Below, in pieces: positions 19,337 to 28,784 of a stretch of DNA of 64,000 nucleotides. The notes below the pieces were generated by a model. The model ran no database searches. It was not told the origin of the DNA and was given only the letters and a program-made list of their open reading frames with translations. A program made the translations under genes and the position numbers. The DNA is taken from assembly GCA_965206595.1 (NCBI GenBank), contig OZ242214.1, positions 3,072,001-3,136,000 on the forward strand, read 5' to 3'. The DNA is from Candidatus Latescibacterota bacterium (GTDB taxonomy: Bacteria > Latescibacterota > UBA2968 > UBA8231). Every line of letters starts with the position of its first letter. Position 1 is the first letter of the stretch.

Positions 19337-19813
19337 TTACGCCTTCTTCTTCGCGGCGGCCTTCTTCTTTGCCTTCGCCTTTTTTGCTTTCGCCTTCGGC
19401 TTCTTCGCTGCCGGCTTGGCAGCCGACTGCAGGAACTTCACCACCTCTGCGGCCTCCTTGCCCCCCTTCCGGGCATGGGTCATCAGCGCGATCCCGTGCG
19501 GTCCCTTCTCGTTGACGACCGCGGGGTTGTCGGCCACCACCGCCTGCACGATATCGAGCTTGCCCAGCATGGCCGCGGCGAACAGATCGATGCGCGCCCC
19601 GTTTTCCAGCAGGAACTCGGCGATGTCCCGGCGGCCCATGTGCGCCGCGGCTCCCAGTCCGGTCTCCCAGTCGCCGCTTCCCCAGTCCCAGGAGGAATTG
19701 ACGAGGGCCGGTTCCTGCAAGAGCAGGTTCTTTACGCTGTCGAAGTCGCCGTGGGCGTCGTTGACGAACTGGTTCACCAGCTCCGGGGAGATGGCGGCTT
19801 TCTTCGGGGACAT
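19337..19813 (-). CDS. Ankyrin repeat protein with Lys/Ala-rich tail
   Basis: ETGLGAAAHMGRRDIAEFLLENGA, LFAAAMLG; tail AAKPAAKKPKAKAKKAKAKKKAAAKKKA. Confidence 0.85.
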   Translation of the reverse strand: MSPKKAAISPELVNQFVNDAHGDFDSVKNLLLQEPALVNSSWDWGSGDWETGLGAAAHMGRRDIAEFLLENGARIDLFAAAMLGKLDIVQAVVADNPAVVNEKGPHGIALMTHARKGGKEAAEVVKFLQSAAKPAAKKPKAKAKKAKAKKKAAAKKKA

Positions 19814-19933
19814 GGTCTTCTTCCTTTGGCGGGGTTGGCGGCCTTTTGACTCGCAGCGGCCGTTTCGGGCCGCCGAATCGTTCGGGACGGGTCCTGGGTC
19901 CTGCCGGCCTTGCAGGTGGATCCTTCGGCCGTA

Positions 19934-20560
19934 TCAGCCGGAGGGGGGTGAGGCCGCTTCGAAGCTGGCCTCCACGTCGGTTCGATACGCTTCGAGGGGG
20001 GGCGTTTCCAGGCTCTCCACCTTCGACAGGTCGTCCCAGCGGCGCAGCCGCACCGCGGTGTCGAGGTGGGGATGACGGGCGAATTCCCGCCGCTCCTCGT
20101 CCGACATCGGCCCCCCCTGCAGCTCGAGGCTCTTCTTGGAGCCGGCGGACAGGCCGTCCCGGTACTCCGGCTCGACCGCGCACAGGTACCTCTTTGCCGG
20201 CACGTGCAGGCGGATCGGCCCGACGATGGAACCGGGAAGGATGGCCTCCATGTAGTCGGCCCCGATGACCTCGTGCTCGAGGTCATCGTGCTGGAAGTCC
20301 GCGGTCTCGTCGTGCTCGTCGAGCAGGAAATGCCCGATGTCGTGGAGCAGGCCCGCGGTCACCACCTGCGCTGCGGAGCCTTCGGCGCGGGCCAGGCGGG
20401 CGCACTGCAGGGCGTGCTCGAGCTGGGTGACGCTGCGGTCGTAGTAGATGCCTCCCTTTCTCTCCATGTAGGCGAAGAGCAGGTCGGTTTTCCGCGCTGC
20501 CGAGGGGCTTGCCTGCAGATCGGCGCGAAGGGATTGATCGATGCGTCCGGGGTTGTTCAC
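19934..20560 (-). CDS. HD-domain di-iron oxygenase, PhnZ/TmpB-like
   Basis: VTQLEHALQCA, LLHDIGH, HEVIGA, LHVPAKRYL, RRWDDLSK; GTG start overlaps the upstream stop. Confidence 0.85.
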   Translation of the reverse strand: MNNPGRIDQSLRADLQASPSAARKTDLLFAYMERKGGIYYDRSVTQLEHALQCARLARAEGSAAQVVTAGLLHDIGHFLLDEHDETADFQHDDLEHEVIGADYMEAILPGSIVGPIRLHVPAKRYLCAVEPEYRDGLSAGSKKSLELQGGPMSDEERREFARHPHLDTAVRLRRWDDLSKVESLETPPLEAYRTDVEASFEAASPPSG

Positions 20561-21360
20561 AGTACCGTCCTTCCTCGAAAGTGCCTGATCTTGCTGATCA
20601 TCCCGGCTTCCCCGGGATTCTCCTTCATCTTCTTCATGGCCGCGAGCTTGTCCTGGTAGTAGCGCTCGCGCAGGTCCCCCGCCGACTGGGCGTTGTAGGT
20701 GACGTAGAGCAGCCGCCGGGGCCGGTCGGTGTTGTTCGGGGGGCTGTGGTGGGGCGCGTACGAACCGAAGAACAGGATGTCCCCCGGAGCGGTCGGGACC
20801 GGCACCCATTCCATCTGCGCCGCGGCCGCCTCCTCTATGCAGCCGTGCTCGTCGAGGGCGACGAAGCCGCGGCGATGCAGGCCCGGGCTGAAGAACAGGC
20901 AGCCGTTCTCGGGAGTGGCCGGATCGACCGATATCAGGCAGGTGACGTGGTAGTCGACGAACTCGTAGGCCGGGGCGTCCTGGTGGGCGGCGTACCCGCC
21001 GCCGCCGGGGTACTTGTAGTTGATCTTCTCCTTGTAGAGGACGGCCGCTTCCCCCATCAGCTCGGAGACCGCGTCGACGACCTTGCCGCGGGTCAGCAGG
21101 GCGTGGAGATCCTTTTGGAACGGCGCGAAGTTCTCCGACCTCGACAGGCGCACTCCCGAATCGGTCCGCTCGAAGTGATGCAGCCATTCGCCGCGGTCCG
21201 GCGGCCATTCCGATACCTCCGCGACCGCCCTGCGCAGCATGGCGACCTCTCCCGCCTCGAAGAAGCCCCTGACGCGGAGAAACCCGTTCTCCTCCCAGCT
21301 GCTTTTCAGCGAGGAACTGATGGCGGTGGCCGTTCCCTGCGGACCGTCGGATCTGGACAT
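20557..21360 (-). CDS. PhyH-family 2OG-Fe(II) dioxygenase, PhnY-like
   Basis: KEKINYKYPGGGGYAAHQD, ENGCL, PHHSPPN. Confidence 0.88.
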   Translation of the reverse strand: MSRSDGPQGTATAISSSLKSSWEENGFLRVRGFFEAGEVAMLRRAVAEVSEWPPDRGEWLHHFERTDSGVRLSRSENFAPFQKDLHALLTRGKVVDAVSELMGEAAVLYKEKINYKYPGGGGYAAHQDAPAYEFVDYHVTCLISVDPATPENGCLFFSPGLHRRGFVALDEHGCIEEAAAAQMEWVPVPTAPGDILFFGSYAPHHSPPNNTDRPRRLLYVTYNAQSAGDLRERYYQDKLAAMKKMKENPGEAGMISKIRHFRGRTVL

Positions 21361-21546
21361 ATTTGGTAAAATATGCTTTGGCTGTTGTCGCTCTCCCGGA
21401 AGGTGGTGAAGCTCGCTTTACGGGAAAGTCCCGGCAAGCGGCGCCGGGTTTTCTGAAAATTTACGGCTGAAATCCAGACGTAGGGGCCCCCGGCTCGCAA
21501 GGCCCCGACTGCGGCGCCGGCCTTGGGAAGTACCCGATAAACCCTC

Positions 21547-22842
21547 GTGCAGACACTCATCCAGCGAATCGGTCCCCTGCTGTTCATCGCCGCCTCTGCG
21601 GCCGGCTTCTGGTACGCAGGCGCCCGCTCTCTCGAGCCCGGAGGCGACCGCGTCGAGGTCTCCTGGCTGATTCCGGTGAACGACATGAAGAACAGCTACG
21701 AGGAGCTCGCCGCCAGCTTCCGCGACCGCCATCCCGACATCGACCTGCGCATGATCTGGGTGCCCGGCCACCAGTACCAGACCAAGTTCAAGACTCTCGC
21801 CGCGGCAGGCGACGCCCCGGACGTCTTCTACACCGGCGACGTCTGGGTGGCGTACATGCTCCCCTTCCTGCGCGACATGACCTGGTACTTCGAGCGCGAC
21901 CGCGAGGAGATCGATCTCGACGACTTCTTCCCCGAGGTCATCTCGGCGATGCAGCACAAGGGCAAGTTCTACTTCCTCGCCGTGCACATCAACGTGTCGA
22001 TGCTCTACTACAATCGGCAGCTGTTCGACGAGGCCGGCGTTTCCTACCCGACTCCCGACTGGACCTGGGACGACTTCTTCCGCGCCGGCGAAACCATATC
22101 GCGGGTGCGGGACGACGGCACCCGGATCTGGGGGTCCGACATCAGCACCTCCTGGTGGGGGGAGTGGCTGATCTACGTTCGCCAGGCCGGCGGCAGCATG
22201 TTCAACGAGGACCTGACCCGCTGCCTCCTCGACTCCCCCGAGGCGATCCGGGGGGTGCAGTTCTACCACGACAAGGTGACCAGCGGCATCTCCCCGCGGC
22301 CCGGGTACGGCCCGGTAACCCGCTTCGCGAGCGGCCGCATGGGGCTGGTGTACGGCGGCCACACCACCTTCTGGCGCATCTACAACCGCGTCGAGGACCT
22401 CGACTGGGACGTCGCCCTGCTGCCCAAGGGGCCGGTGCGCCGGGACGGCGGGGAGATCGCGGTCGGCGCCTTTGCCGTCACCAAAACCAGCCCGCACCCG
22501 GAAGCGGCCTGGGAGCTGGTAAAGGTCCTGGGGTCGAAGGAAGGGGTCACCGCCGAGGTCCGGGCCGGCGGCCTGCCCTCGCGCCGCTCGGTTGCCCGGG
22601 AGCTGATGTTCGGCCCCGACCGCCTCAACGACAGGCCGCCCAGCGTCGAATGGGCCTTCGAACAGATCAAGTCCTCGATGACCATCCCCCGTTCCCCCGA
22701 CTACATCGAGATCGCCATCGAGGTCATCCAGCCGGAAATCGACCGCATGCTGCAGGGCGAGCTGACCCCGGAACAGGCCTGCCGCCGCGCCGCCGAGGCG
22801 GCCAACCGCTTCATCGAGACCCTCGGGCGGCGCGACAGATGA
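21547..22842 (+). CDS. Sugar ABC transporter substrate-binding protein
   Basis: AAGDAPDVF, LYYNRQLFDEAGV.YP..DWTWDD, HPEAAWE. Confidence 0.9.
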   Translation: MQTLIQRIGPLLFIAASAAGFWYAGARSLEPGGDRVEVSWLIPVNDMKNSYEELAASFRDRHPDIDLRMIWVPGHQYQTKFKTLAAAGDAPDVFYTGDVWVAYMLPFLRDMTWYFERDREEIDLDDFFPEVISAMQHKGKFYFLAVHINVSMLYYNRQLFDEAGVSYPTPDWTWDDFFRAGETISRVRDDGTRIWGSDISTSWWGEWLIYVRQAGGSMFNEDLTRCLLDSPEAIRGVQFYHDKVTSGISPRPGYGPVTRFASGRMGLVYGGHTTFWRIYNRVEDLDWDVALLPKGPVRRDGGEIAVGAFAVTKTSPHPEAAWELVKVLGSKEGVTAEVRAGGLPSRRSVARELMFGPDRLNDRPPSVEWAFEQIKSSMTIPRSPDYIEIAIEVIQPEIDRMLQGELTPEQACRRAAEAANRFIETLGRRDR

Positions 22843-22852
22843 GGAGCTCCCT

Positions 22853-23746
22853 TTGAGACACTACCGCGCCACATTCTGGTTCTACCTGATGGCGGGGCCG
22901 GCGATCGCCGGGTTCCTGGCTTTCGCCCTGATCCCGATGCTCTACTCCCTCTATCTCAGCTTCACGCGCTACACCGTGGTCAATCCGCCCGAGTGGATCG
23001 GCATCGATCACTACGTCTACCTGTTCAGCCACGACCCCTCGTTCTGGCCGTCGGTTCAGGTGACCCTGCTGTTCGCCGCCTTCCAGGTGCCCCTGGCGCT
23101 GATCACCTCCCTGTCGTTCGCCCTGCTGCTCAACTGCCCGATGCGCTTTCGCGGCCTCTTCCGGACGATCTACTACGTCCCCTCGATCCTTCCGTCTGCC
23201 GCCTCCGCGGCGATCTTCGTCTTCATCTTCAATCCCGAGTACGGCATGATGAACGCCCTGCTCGCCCGGGCGGGGATCGAGGGACCTGCCTGGCTCGACG
23301 ATTCGGCCTGGGCCCTGCCGACGCTCATCCTGATCAGCCTGTGGGGGTTCGGCAACGCCATGCTGATCTTCCTCGGCGGGCTGCAGGGGGTCGCCCGCTC
23401 GCTCTACGAGGCGGCCTCCATCGACGGGGCCGGGGCCTGGCGCCGCTTCTTTCACGTCACCCTGCCGCAGATCTCCCCCGTCTTCTTCTTCAACCTGGTG
23501 ATGGGCGTCATCGGGGCCCTGCGCGTCTTCGACCTCGCCTACGCCTTCGGAGCCGCCCAGGGGAAGATCCCGGGGGGGCCGGCGCAGTCGACGCTGTTCT
23601 ACGTTCTCAGCCTGTACCAGAAGGCCTTCAACTATTTCCACATGGGGCAGGCGAGCGCCATGGCCTGGATCCTGTTCGCCGTCACCGTCGGCCTGACCTG
23701 GCTCAACTTCCGCTTCGCCAGCAAGTGGGTGCACCATGAACAGTGA
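22853..23746 (+). CDS. Carbohydrate ABC transporter permease
   Basis: EAA motif LYEAASIDGAGAWRRFFHVTLP; hydrophobic helices. Confidence 0.93.
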   Translation: MRHYRATFWFYLMAGPAIAGFLAFALIPMLYSLYLSFTRYTVVNPPEWIGIDHYVYLFSHDPSFWPSVQVTLLFAAFQVPLALITSLSFALLLNCPMRFRGLFRTIYYVPSILPSAASAAIFVFIFNPEYGMMNALLARAGIEGPAWLDDSAWALPTLILISLWGFGNAMLIFLGGLQGVARSLYEAASIDGAGAWRRFFHVTLPQISPVFFFNLVMGVIGALRVFDLAYAFGAAQGKIPGGPAQSTLFYVLSLYQKAFNYFHMGQASAMAWILFAVTVGLTWLNFRFASKWVHHEQ

Positions 23747-24611
23747 GGGCGGCGTGCGGTTGCGTCCCGGGCAGTTGCTGTTCTACGGCGCCCTCGTCGT
23801 CGGCGGTGCCCTGATGCTGTTCCCGCTGGCCTGGATGCTGATGACGAGCCTGAAGTCGTTCACCGAGGTCCAGCAGGAGCCGATGAAGTGGATCCCCGAG
23901 CGGTCGCAGTGGAGCAACTACCTCGTGGTGTTCCGGGAGTTCGAGTTCGGCAGGTTCCTGTGGAACTCGGTCTTTGTCACCGGGATGACGATTGCCGGGA
24001 CCCTGGTCTCCTGCTCGGCCGCGGCCTACGCCTTCGTGTTCATCCGCGTGCGCTTCAAGGGTCCGATTTTCGCCGCCCTGCTGGCGACGATGATGCTGCC
24101 GGGACAGGTGACGATCATCCCGCTGTTCAAGTTCTTCGCCCAGATCGGCTGGGTGAACACCTACTACCCCCTCATCGTGCCGCACTGGCTCGGGGCCAAC
24201 GTCTTCGGGATCTTCCTGCTGCGCCAGTTCTTCCTCACCATCCCCCACGGGTACATCGAGGCGGCGCGCATGGACGGCGCCTCCGAGCTGCGCATCCTCT
24301 GGCACGTCGTCGTCCCCTTGAGCACACCGGTCCTGCTGACAGTCACGGTATTCACCTTCCTCGCCAGCTGGAACGATCTCTTCGGCCCGCTCATCTACCT
24401 GCACGACGAGCGGCTCTACACGATGCCGGTCGGGCTTTTCTACTTCATCGCCAAGGCGGGGGTGATCCTCGGGGGGGCGGGCACCCAGGTGACGCCGTGG
24501 AACCTGGTGATGGCGCTGACCACGGTGATGATCGTGCCGGTCATCGTCGTCTTCTTCCTGGCGCAGAAGCGGTTCATCGAGGGGATCAGCGCTTCGGGGA
24601 TCAAGGGGTAG
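23736..24611 (+). CDS. Carbohydrate ABC transporter permease
   Basis: EAARMDGASELRILWHVVVP; FFLAQKRFIEGI. Confidence 0.93.
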   Translation: MNSEGGVRLRPGQLLFYGALVVGGALMLFPLAWMLMTSLKSFTEVQQEPMKWIPERSQWSNYLVVFREFEFGRFLWNSVFVTGMTIAGTLVSCSAAAYAFVFIRVRFKGPIFAALLATMMLPGQVTIIPLFKFFAQIGWVNTYYPLIVPHWLGANVFGIFLLRQFFLTIPHGYIEAARMDGASELRILWHVVVPLSTPVLLTVTVFTFLASWNDLFGPLIYLHDERLYTMPVGLFYFIAKAGVILGGAGTQVTPWNLVMALTTVMIVPVIVVFFLAQKRFIEGISASGIKG

Positions 24612-24744
24612 GGGAAGAGCAGCAGGTGCCGGGAGCAAGCGCGGGGCGCGGGGATTTCCGCAATGCCGGGGCATGTGAGGCTTCAGGGCGGGGAGGACTC
24701 TCCGCTGATTGCCGTTCACCCTCCAGGCGCCGAGCCGTACATAC

Positions 24745-24786
24745 AAAGAGGGCGCCGAGGTAATTCCCGGCACCCTCTTTTTTTTT
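24745..24786. terminator. Bidirectional rho-independent terminator
   Basis: AAAGAGGGCGCCG...CGGCACCCTCTTTTTTTTT between the convergent ABC operon and the cold-shock gene. Confidence 0.85.
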
Positions 24787-24801
24787 CCGAAGCGGTTGGC
24801 T

Positions 24802-25011
24802 CTACAGCGCCCTGACGTTCTCCGCGGCGGGGCCCTTCTGGCCCGACACCACCTCGAACTCGACCTGCTGGCCTTCAGCGAGCGACTTGAAGCCGTCTGT
24901 CTGAATGGCGCTGTAGTGCACGAAGACATCGTCCCCGTTCTGCACGCTGATGAAGCCGAAGCCCTTGGCGTCGTTAAACCACTTCACTGTTCCTGACTGG
25001 CGTTCCGCCAT
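24802..25011 (-). CDS. cspA: Cold-shock protein
   Basis: [21 protein letters not shown]...DVFVHYSAI...GPAAENV. Confidence 0.96.
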   Translation of the reverse strand: MAERQSGTVKWFNDAKGFGFISVQNGDDVFVHYSAIQTDGFKSLAEGQQVEFEVVSGQKGPAAENVRAL

Positions 25012-25143
25012 AAGAAAATACCCTCCCTGTGGGGCATGTGTTTGCAGCAGGACGTTTCGAGATGGACTGGCGGGATGTAACTCAGAACAGCGCGGAACGA
25101 CTGCCGAAAAAACCTCTGCGGGTGCAGAGACTCGAATGGAAAT

Positions 25144-25173
25144 AATATATGGCCAATGTCGAAGGAAATGCAA
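25144..25173 (-). promoter_or_regulatory. Putative sigma70 promoter of the csp gene, implying a long 5' UTR
   Basis: TTGCAT-N18-TATATT on the minus strand, ~130 nt upstream of the ATG. Confidence 0.5.
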
Positions 25174-25268
25174 AAGCATTTTGCCGGTCGGGAATTATTT
25201 CGCCGTACTTGCGTTTTCGCGCGGCTTGCTGCGAGCCGGAGCAGGGAGCCCATCTTCGCAGGCCAGTC

Positions 25269-25306
25269 TCCCGTCTCCCCCCCGGGTACCCGGGGGGGAG
25301 ACGGGA
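25269..25306. repeat. Perfect 38-bp palindrome
   Basis: TCCCGTCTCCCCCCCGGGTACCCGGGGGGGAGACGGGA, immediately after the stop of the 25308..27143 gene. Confidence 0.85.
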
Positions 25307-25307
25307 T

Positions 25308-27143
25308 TCAGTTCGAGACACCCACCATCGGAGGGAAGTCATACGAAGGCCGGTGGACGAACCGCTTCATCCCGAGGTCGAGCTCGATGCGCGCGGCCGG
25401 TCCCAGCTCGACGAGAAGGTGCCTGCCCCCCACGGTCACCCGCTGCTCTTCCCCACCGCCGTCGCTGCCGCGGACCTCGGTGAACTCGTGCTCGCCGAAG
25501 GAACCGGCCTGAAGCAGCACCGGACGGGCATGGACCGGATCGGTGTTGACCAGGGTGACCCGGGCCCCGTGCGCACCGACGCGGTCGGCGAGGGCAGCGA
25601 CGTGCCGGGGCAGCCCGGCACGTCGCTGCTCCGGGTCGAAGTAGCGCAGGTGGGCCTGCAGCAGGCCTCCGTTGTACACCGCTGCCGGTGTCCCCATGGC
25701 CATCTGCACGAGAGCCTCCGGGAGCACCGGGCAGAGCCGCTGGAAGTGATAGCACTCCCGCGTTTCCGGGTCGGTGTCGTCTGCTTCGAGCCGGTCGAGG
25801 GCGCGGCAGACGCTGATGTAGGTGGTGTCGAGGACCTGCTCGGGGAACCGCGGGTTTTTCCCCTCGACGAACGCCGCCCAGGCCCTCGGCGGACAGATCC
25901 CCGCCTTGCCGGCGCCCCAGTCCTCCGGCAGGCCGGCGAACCCTTCCCGGCCGGGAAACAGCTCGTCGAGGCGGGCGAGGTCCTCCTCGCTCTGGCTCAG
26001 GTAGTAGAGGTGGATGTAGTGGTAGGGGTCCGGGGGCCGGTAGTCGAACCAGCCCTGGTCGCCGTGCCGGGACGGGATCATCTGCACCCCGTCGATCTCG
26101 CGGCGCAGCGACCACAGCATGTCGAGCTGCGAGCGACAGAGGTCGAGATGGGACATGTCTCCCGTCATCAGCGCCGCGCAGCTGCCGGCTACGAAGGCCG
26201 GCTCGACGACGTTGCGGGCCCCGTGCGGCCAGCGCCAGCCGTAGTACCCGCCCCACCACTTGCCGTTGTTCAGCTCCCCGACCCCGCCCCCGGGTCCGAT
26301 GTTGTCCGGCATGATGCCGTCGTTGGCGTCCCGGTGCTCGATCCACCTCTCCAGGTAGTCGAGCACCCACTGCCTGTACTTCTCCTCGCCGGTGTACAGG
26401 TAGGCGTTGGTGACCATGCTGGCGGCGTTCAGGTTCAGCGGCACGTCGCAGCGCGTCATGCGCTCGTTTATGAGGGCCAGGACCTTGGCGAAGATCCCGT
26501 CGTCGGTCCAGTCGACCTTGAACATCGGGTCGTCGCTGCCGGCCCCGGGTATGTCCTCGAAGGGGGAGAGGTAGTCGGCCAGGATCGGCCTGTGGTACTC
26601 CCAGTCGGCCTGCGTGGTGACGAATCGCGGGCCCCGACTGCCGTTCAGCGGACCGCGGATCATGCGCTTTTCCTCGTCCCAGTTCGGGGCCAGGGGGTCC
26701 TCCCCGGTGTACATGGCCGCGTAGCGCAGGGCGCGGTTGCGGTCGATGAAATGCCCGGGATCGGACATGGCGAGGTAGTAGATGTAGGTGTAGCTCTCGC
26801 TGTGGTGGAACCAATCGAAGCCGGTGACGAACTCGCGGTCGACGGTGCCGTAATCCGCGTACTGCCAGGTGATGGCGTCCCACTCCTTGCGGGCGGTGCG
26901 GTGAGTGAACTCGCTGCCGCCGAGGAGGTAGAAGAGCGGAAACGACAAGAAGGCCTCGTAGCCGTTGTCGGTACCGTCCATGCTCGTCCAGACCGTGCGC
27001 TGGATCAGGGTGCCGTCCGGGCGCGTCGCATGCTTTGTGAAGCGGACGGCCGCCCGGTCCATCAGGTCGAACAGGTGGCGCTGGCGCACCGCCCAATCCG
27101 GCGGGATCGTACGGTTGCTGGCACGCAGAGTCGTCATGGTCAT
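25308..27143 (-). CDS. Conserved hypothetical protein (aromatic-rich, probably an alpha/alpha-barrel lyase- or hydrolase-like enzyme)
   Basis: 611-aa ORF with host codon usage and RBS AAGGAGG; DWFHHSE, GIMPDNIG, KWWGGYYGWRWPHG. Function not determinable. Confidence 0.7.
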   Translation of the reverse strand: MTMTTLRASNRTIPPDWAVRQRHLFDLMDRAAVRFTKHATRPDGTLIQRTVWTSMDGTDNGYEAFLSFPLFYLLGGSEFTHRTARKEWDAITWQYADYGTVDREFVTGFDWFHHSESYTYIYYLAMSDPGHFIDRNRALRYAAMYTGEDPLAPNWDEEKRMIRGPLNGSRGPRFVTTQADWEYHRPILADYLSPFEDIPGAGSDDPMFKVDWTDDGIFAKVLALINERMTRCDVPLNLNAASMVTNAYLYTGEEKYRQWVLDYLERWIEHRDANDGIMPDNIGPGGGVGELNNGKWWGGYYGWRWPHGARNVVEPAFVAGSCAALMTGDMSHLDLCRSQLDMLWSLRREIDGVQMIPSRHGDQGWFDYRPPDPYHYIHLYYLSQSEEDLARLDELFPGREGFAGLPEDWGAGKAGICPPRAWAAFVEGKNPRFPEQVLDTTYISVCRALDRLEADDTDPETRECYHFQRLCPVLPEALVQMAMGTPAAVYNGGLLQAHLRYFDPEQRRAGLPRHVAALADRVGAHGARVTLVNTDPVHARPVLLQAGSFGEHEFTEVRGSDGGGEEQRVTVGGRHLLVELGPAARIELDLGMKRFVHRPSYDFPPMVGVSN

Positions 27144-27162
27144 GGAATCGCCTCCTTCGGTT

Positions 27163-28407
27163 TCATATTCCGCGGGAATCTAACGGCTCGTGCATGGCGT
27201 GGCGACCATGCTGATCTTTGTGTCCTGTTCCACCGATATCCCGCAATCTATTTCCGGGACAGGGCTCCGGCATCCCGTTTAACAGCCCATCCGGGCCGCG
27301 GCCGAGCAACTTTGTCAACGGACTGTTCGGGCCGGTCCGACACATCCCTCGTCGATGACTACCGATTCTCCATTCGGGGTCGCCGATGGCGTCGAGGACG
27401 CGCCGCGTCTCGCTGTAGACCACCTTGCTGAAGAACTCGTCGGGAAAGCCCATCTCCATGTTCATCATGGAGTTGACCCCGGGAAGCTCGATCCCGAGAA
27501 GCGCCTTGACCGCGGCGAAACAGTCCGCCTCGGTCAGCGACGGATTCCAGTTTTCCAGGCGCCTCACCCACCGGGCTATGGTTCCGTACATGCCGTCCAT
27601 GCCGCGGTGCCAGAAGTAGTGCTTGGGAAAAATGTAGTCGAAGTACTCCGCCATCTGATGGTAGTTCTGCCCGGTCAGTGACGACCAGGTCGCCGCCCGC
27701 GGAATCCTCCCGAGCTCGACCCTGCTGTCGACGCCGTCGACCTGCTCGCGCATGTAGCGCCAGTCGGCGCGGGAACGCTCCTGGCGCTGGCGCAGCCAGT
27801 AGAGGACGTCCTCGTTGACGTCGAACAGGATCAGGGACGCCAGCATCCCCCCGGCGGCGTGGTAGCGCACCATCTCCGGGCTGAGGTTGTGCAGGCGCTC
27901 GCGCAGATGGGCGATGCCGCGGCGGATGCGATCGACCTCGGCGCCACTCTGCGAGAAACGCTCGTCCTCACCGGGGCGCAGCTCGAGCAGCTCGCCGCCG
28001 TGATGGAAAGCGAGCTCGTAGTGGTTTTCCCCCGGGCCGTCGGAGATCACCCCGTGCACCTGCGGAAAGGCGTTCATCAGGTCCTGCATGTGCACGGTGG
28101 GTCCGACGCCGCTGAAAATGAGGATGCGCCAGCCGCGTTCCGCTGCGTTGTCGAGCATCGCCTGCAGCTTCTTCTCCTTTTCGAGATCGCGCGGGCGCGG
28201 TTCGGGGGGCTCGGCTCCGAACGCCTCGTAGAGCTTGCGGTCCGGTGCCCAGGCGGGAATCTTGGTGCCGTCCTCCTGGAGAAACTCCATGCGGCCGACG
28301 GCGAGGCCGCGCACTCCGCCCTCCTCCCAGGCGTCGAAGCGCTCCTCGAAACCGTCGAGCCAGTGCTCGTGCGGACTGTCGCTGCAGGTGAACACCCAGA
28401 GTTTCAT
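27163..28407 (-). pseudogene. 3'-truncated paralog of the 54731..56134 hypothetical protein
   Basis: Shares MKLW.., AW.EGGV..LAVG, DGP, PK.YFWHRG.DG and F...IV..ET.R with the paralog. Similarity stops at AIGDP (~27375) and the frame runs on into intergenic-like sequence. Confidence 0.7.
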
Positions 28408-28784
28408 CTTCTCTTCCTTTATATATACTCCCCGGTTGAGCGGCGCCGCCGCGGGGCGTAGAGTAGGTGGAGGAACCTCGGCGATGTCAAGCCGCCGCCA
28501 GGGGGCCTGCGGAGGCGTATGGCTGCCTGGAAAGTGGGGGAAAACCCTTCCGTCCCGACCCGGCAACCGATCCGGGTTGCCTGAGAAAACGCGGCCGACC
28601 CCCTCACGACGAAAGCGAAGGAAACCGAAATGGAAATGGGCGCCTGGACGACCATCGATCGGCGAACCTGTTCGAGTACCGGATTCGGGCTTCGTCCGGC
28701 CCTTGCCGCCGGTCCTGGCGTTGCCCTCGCTCCGCCCATCTGCCCTCCACGAGCTTCTGGCCACGAGCCGGATTTTCCACCGCG

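Noticed and set aside
19934-21208. 424-aa ORF suggesting a PhnY-PhnZ fusion
   Set aside because: The N-terminal extension is an off-frame read of the phyH gene; the two genes are separate with a GTGA overlap.
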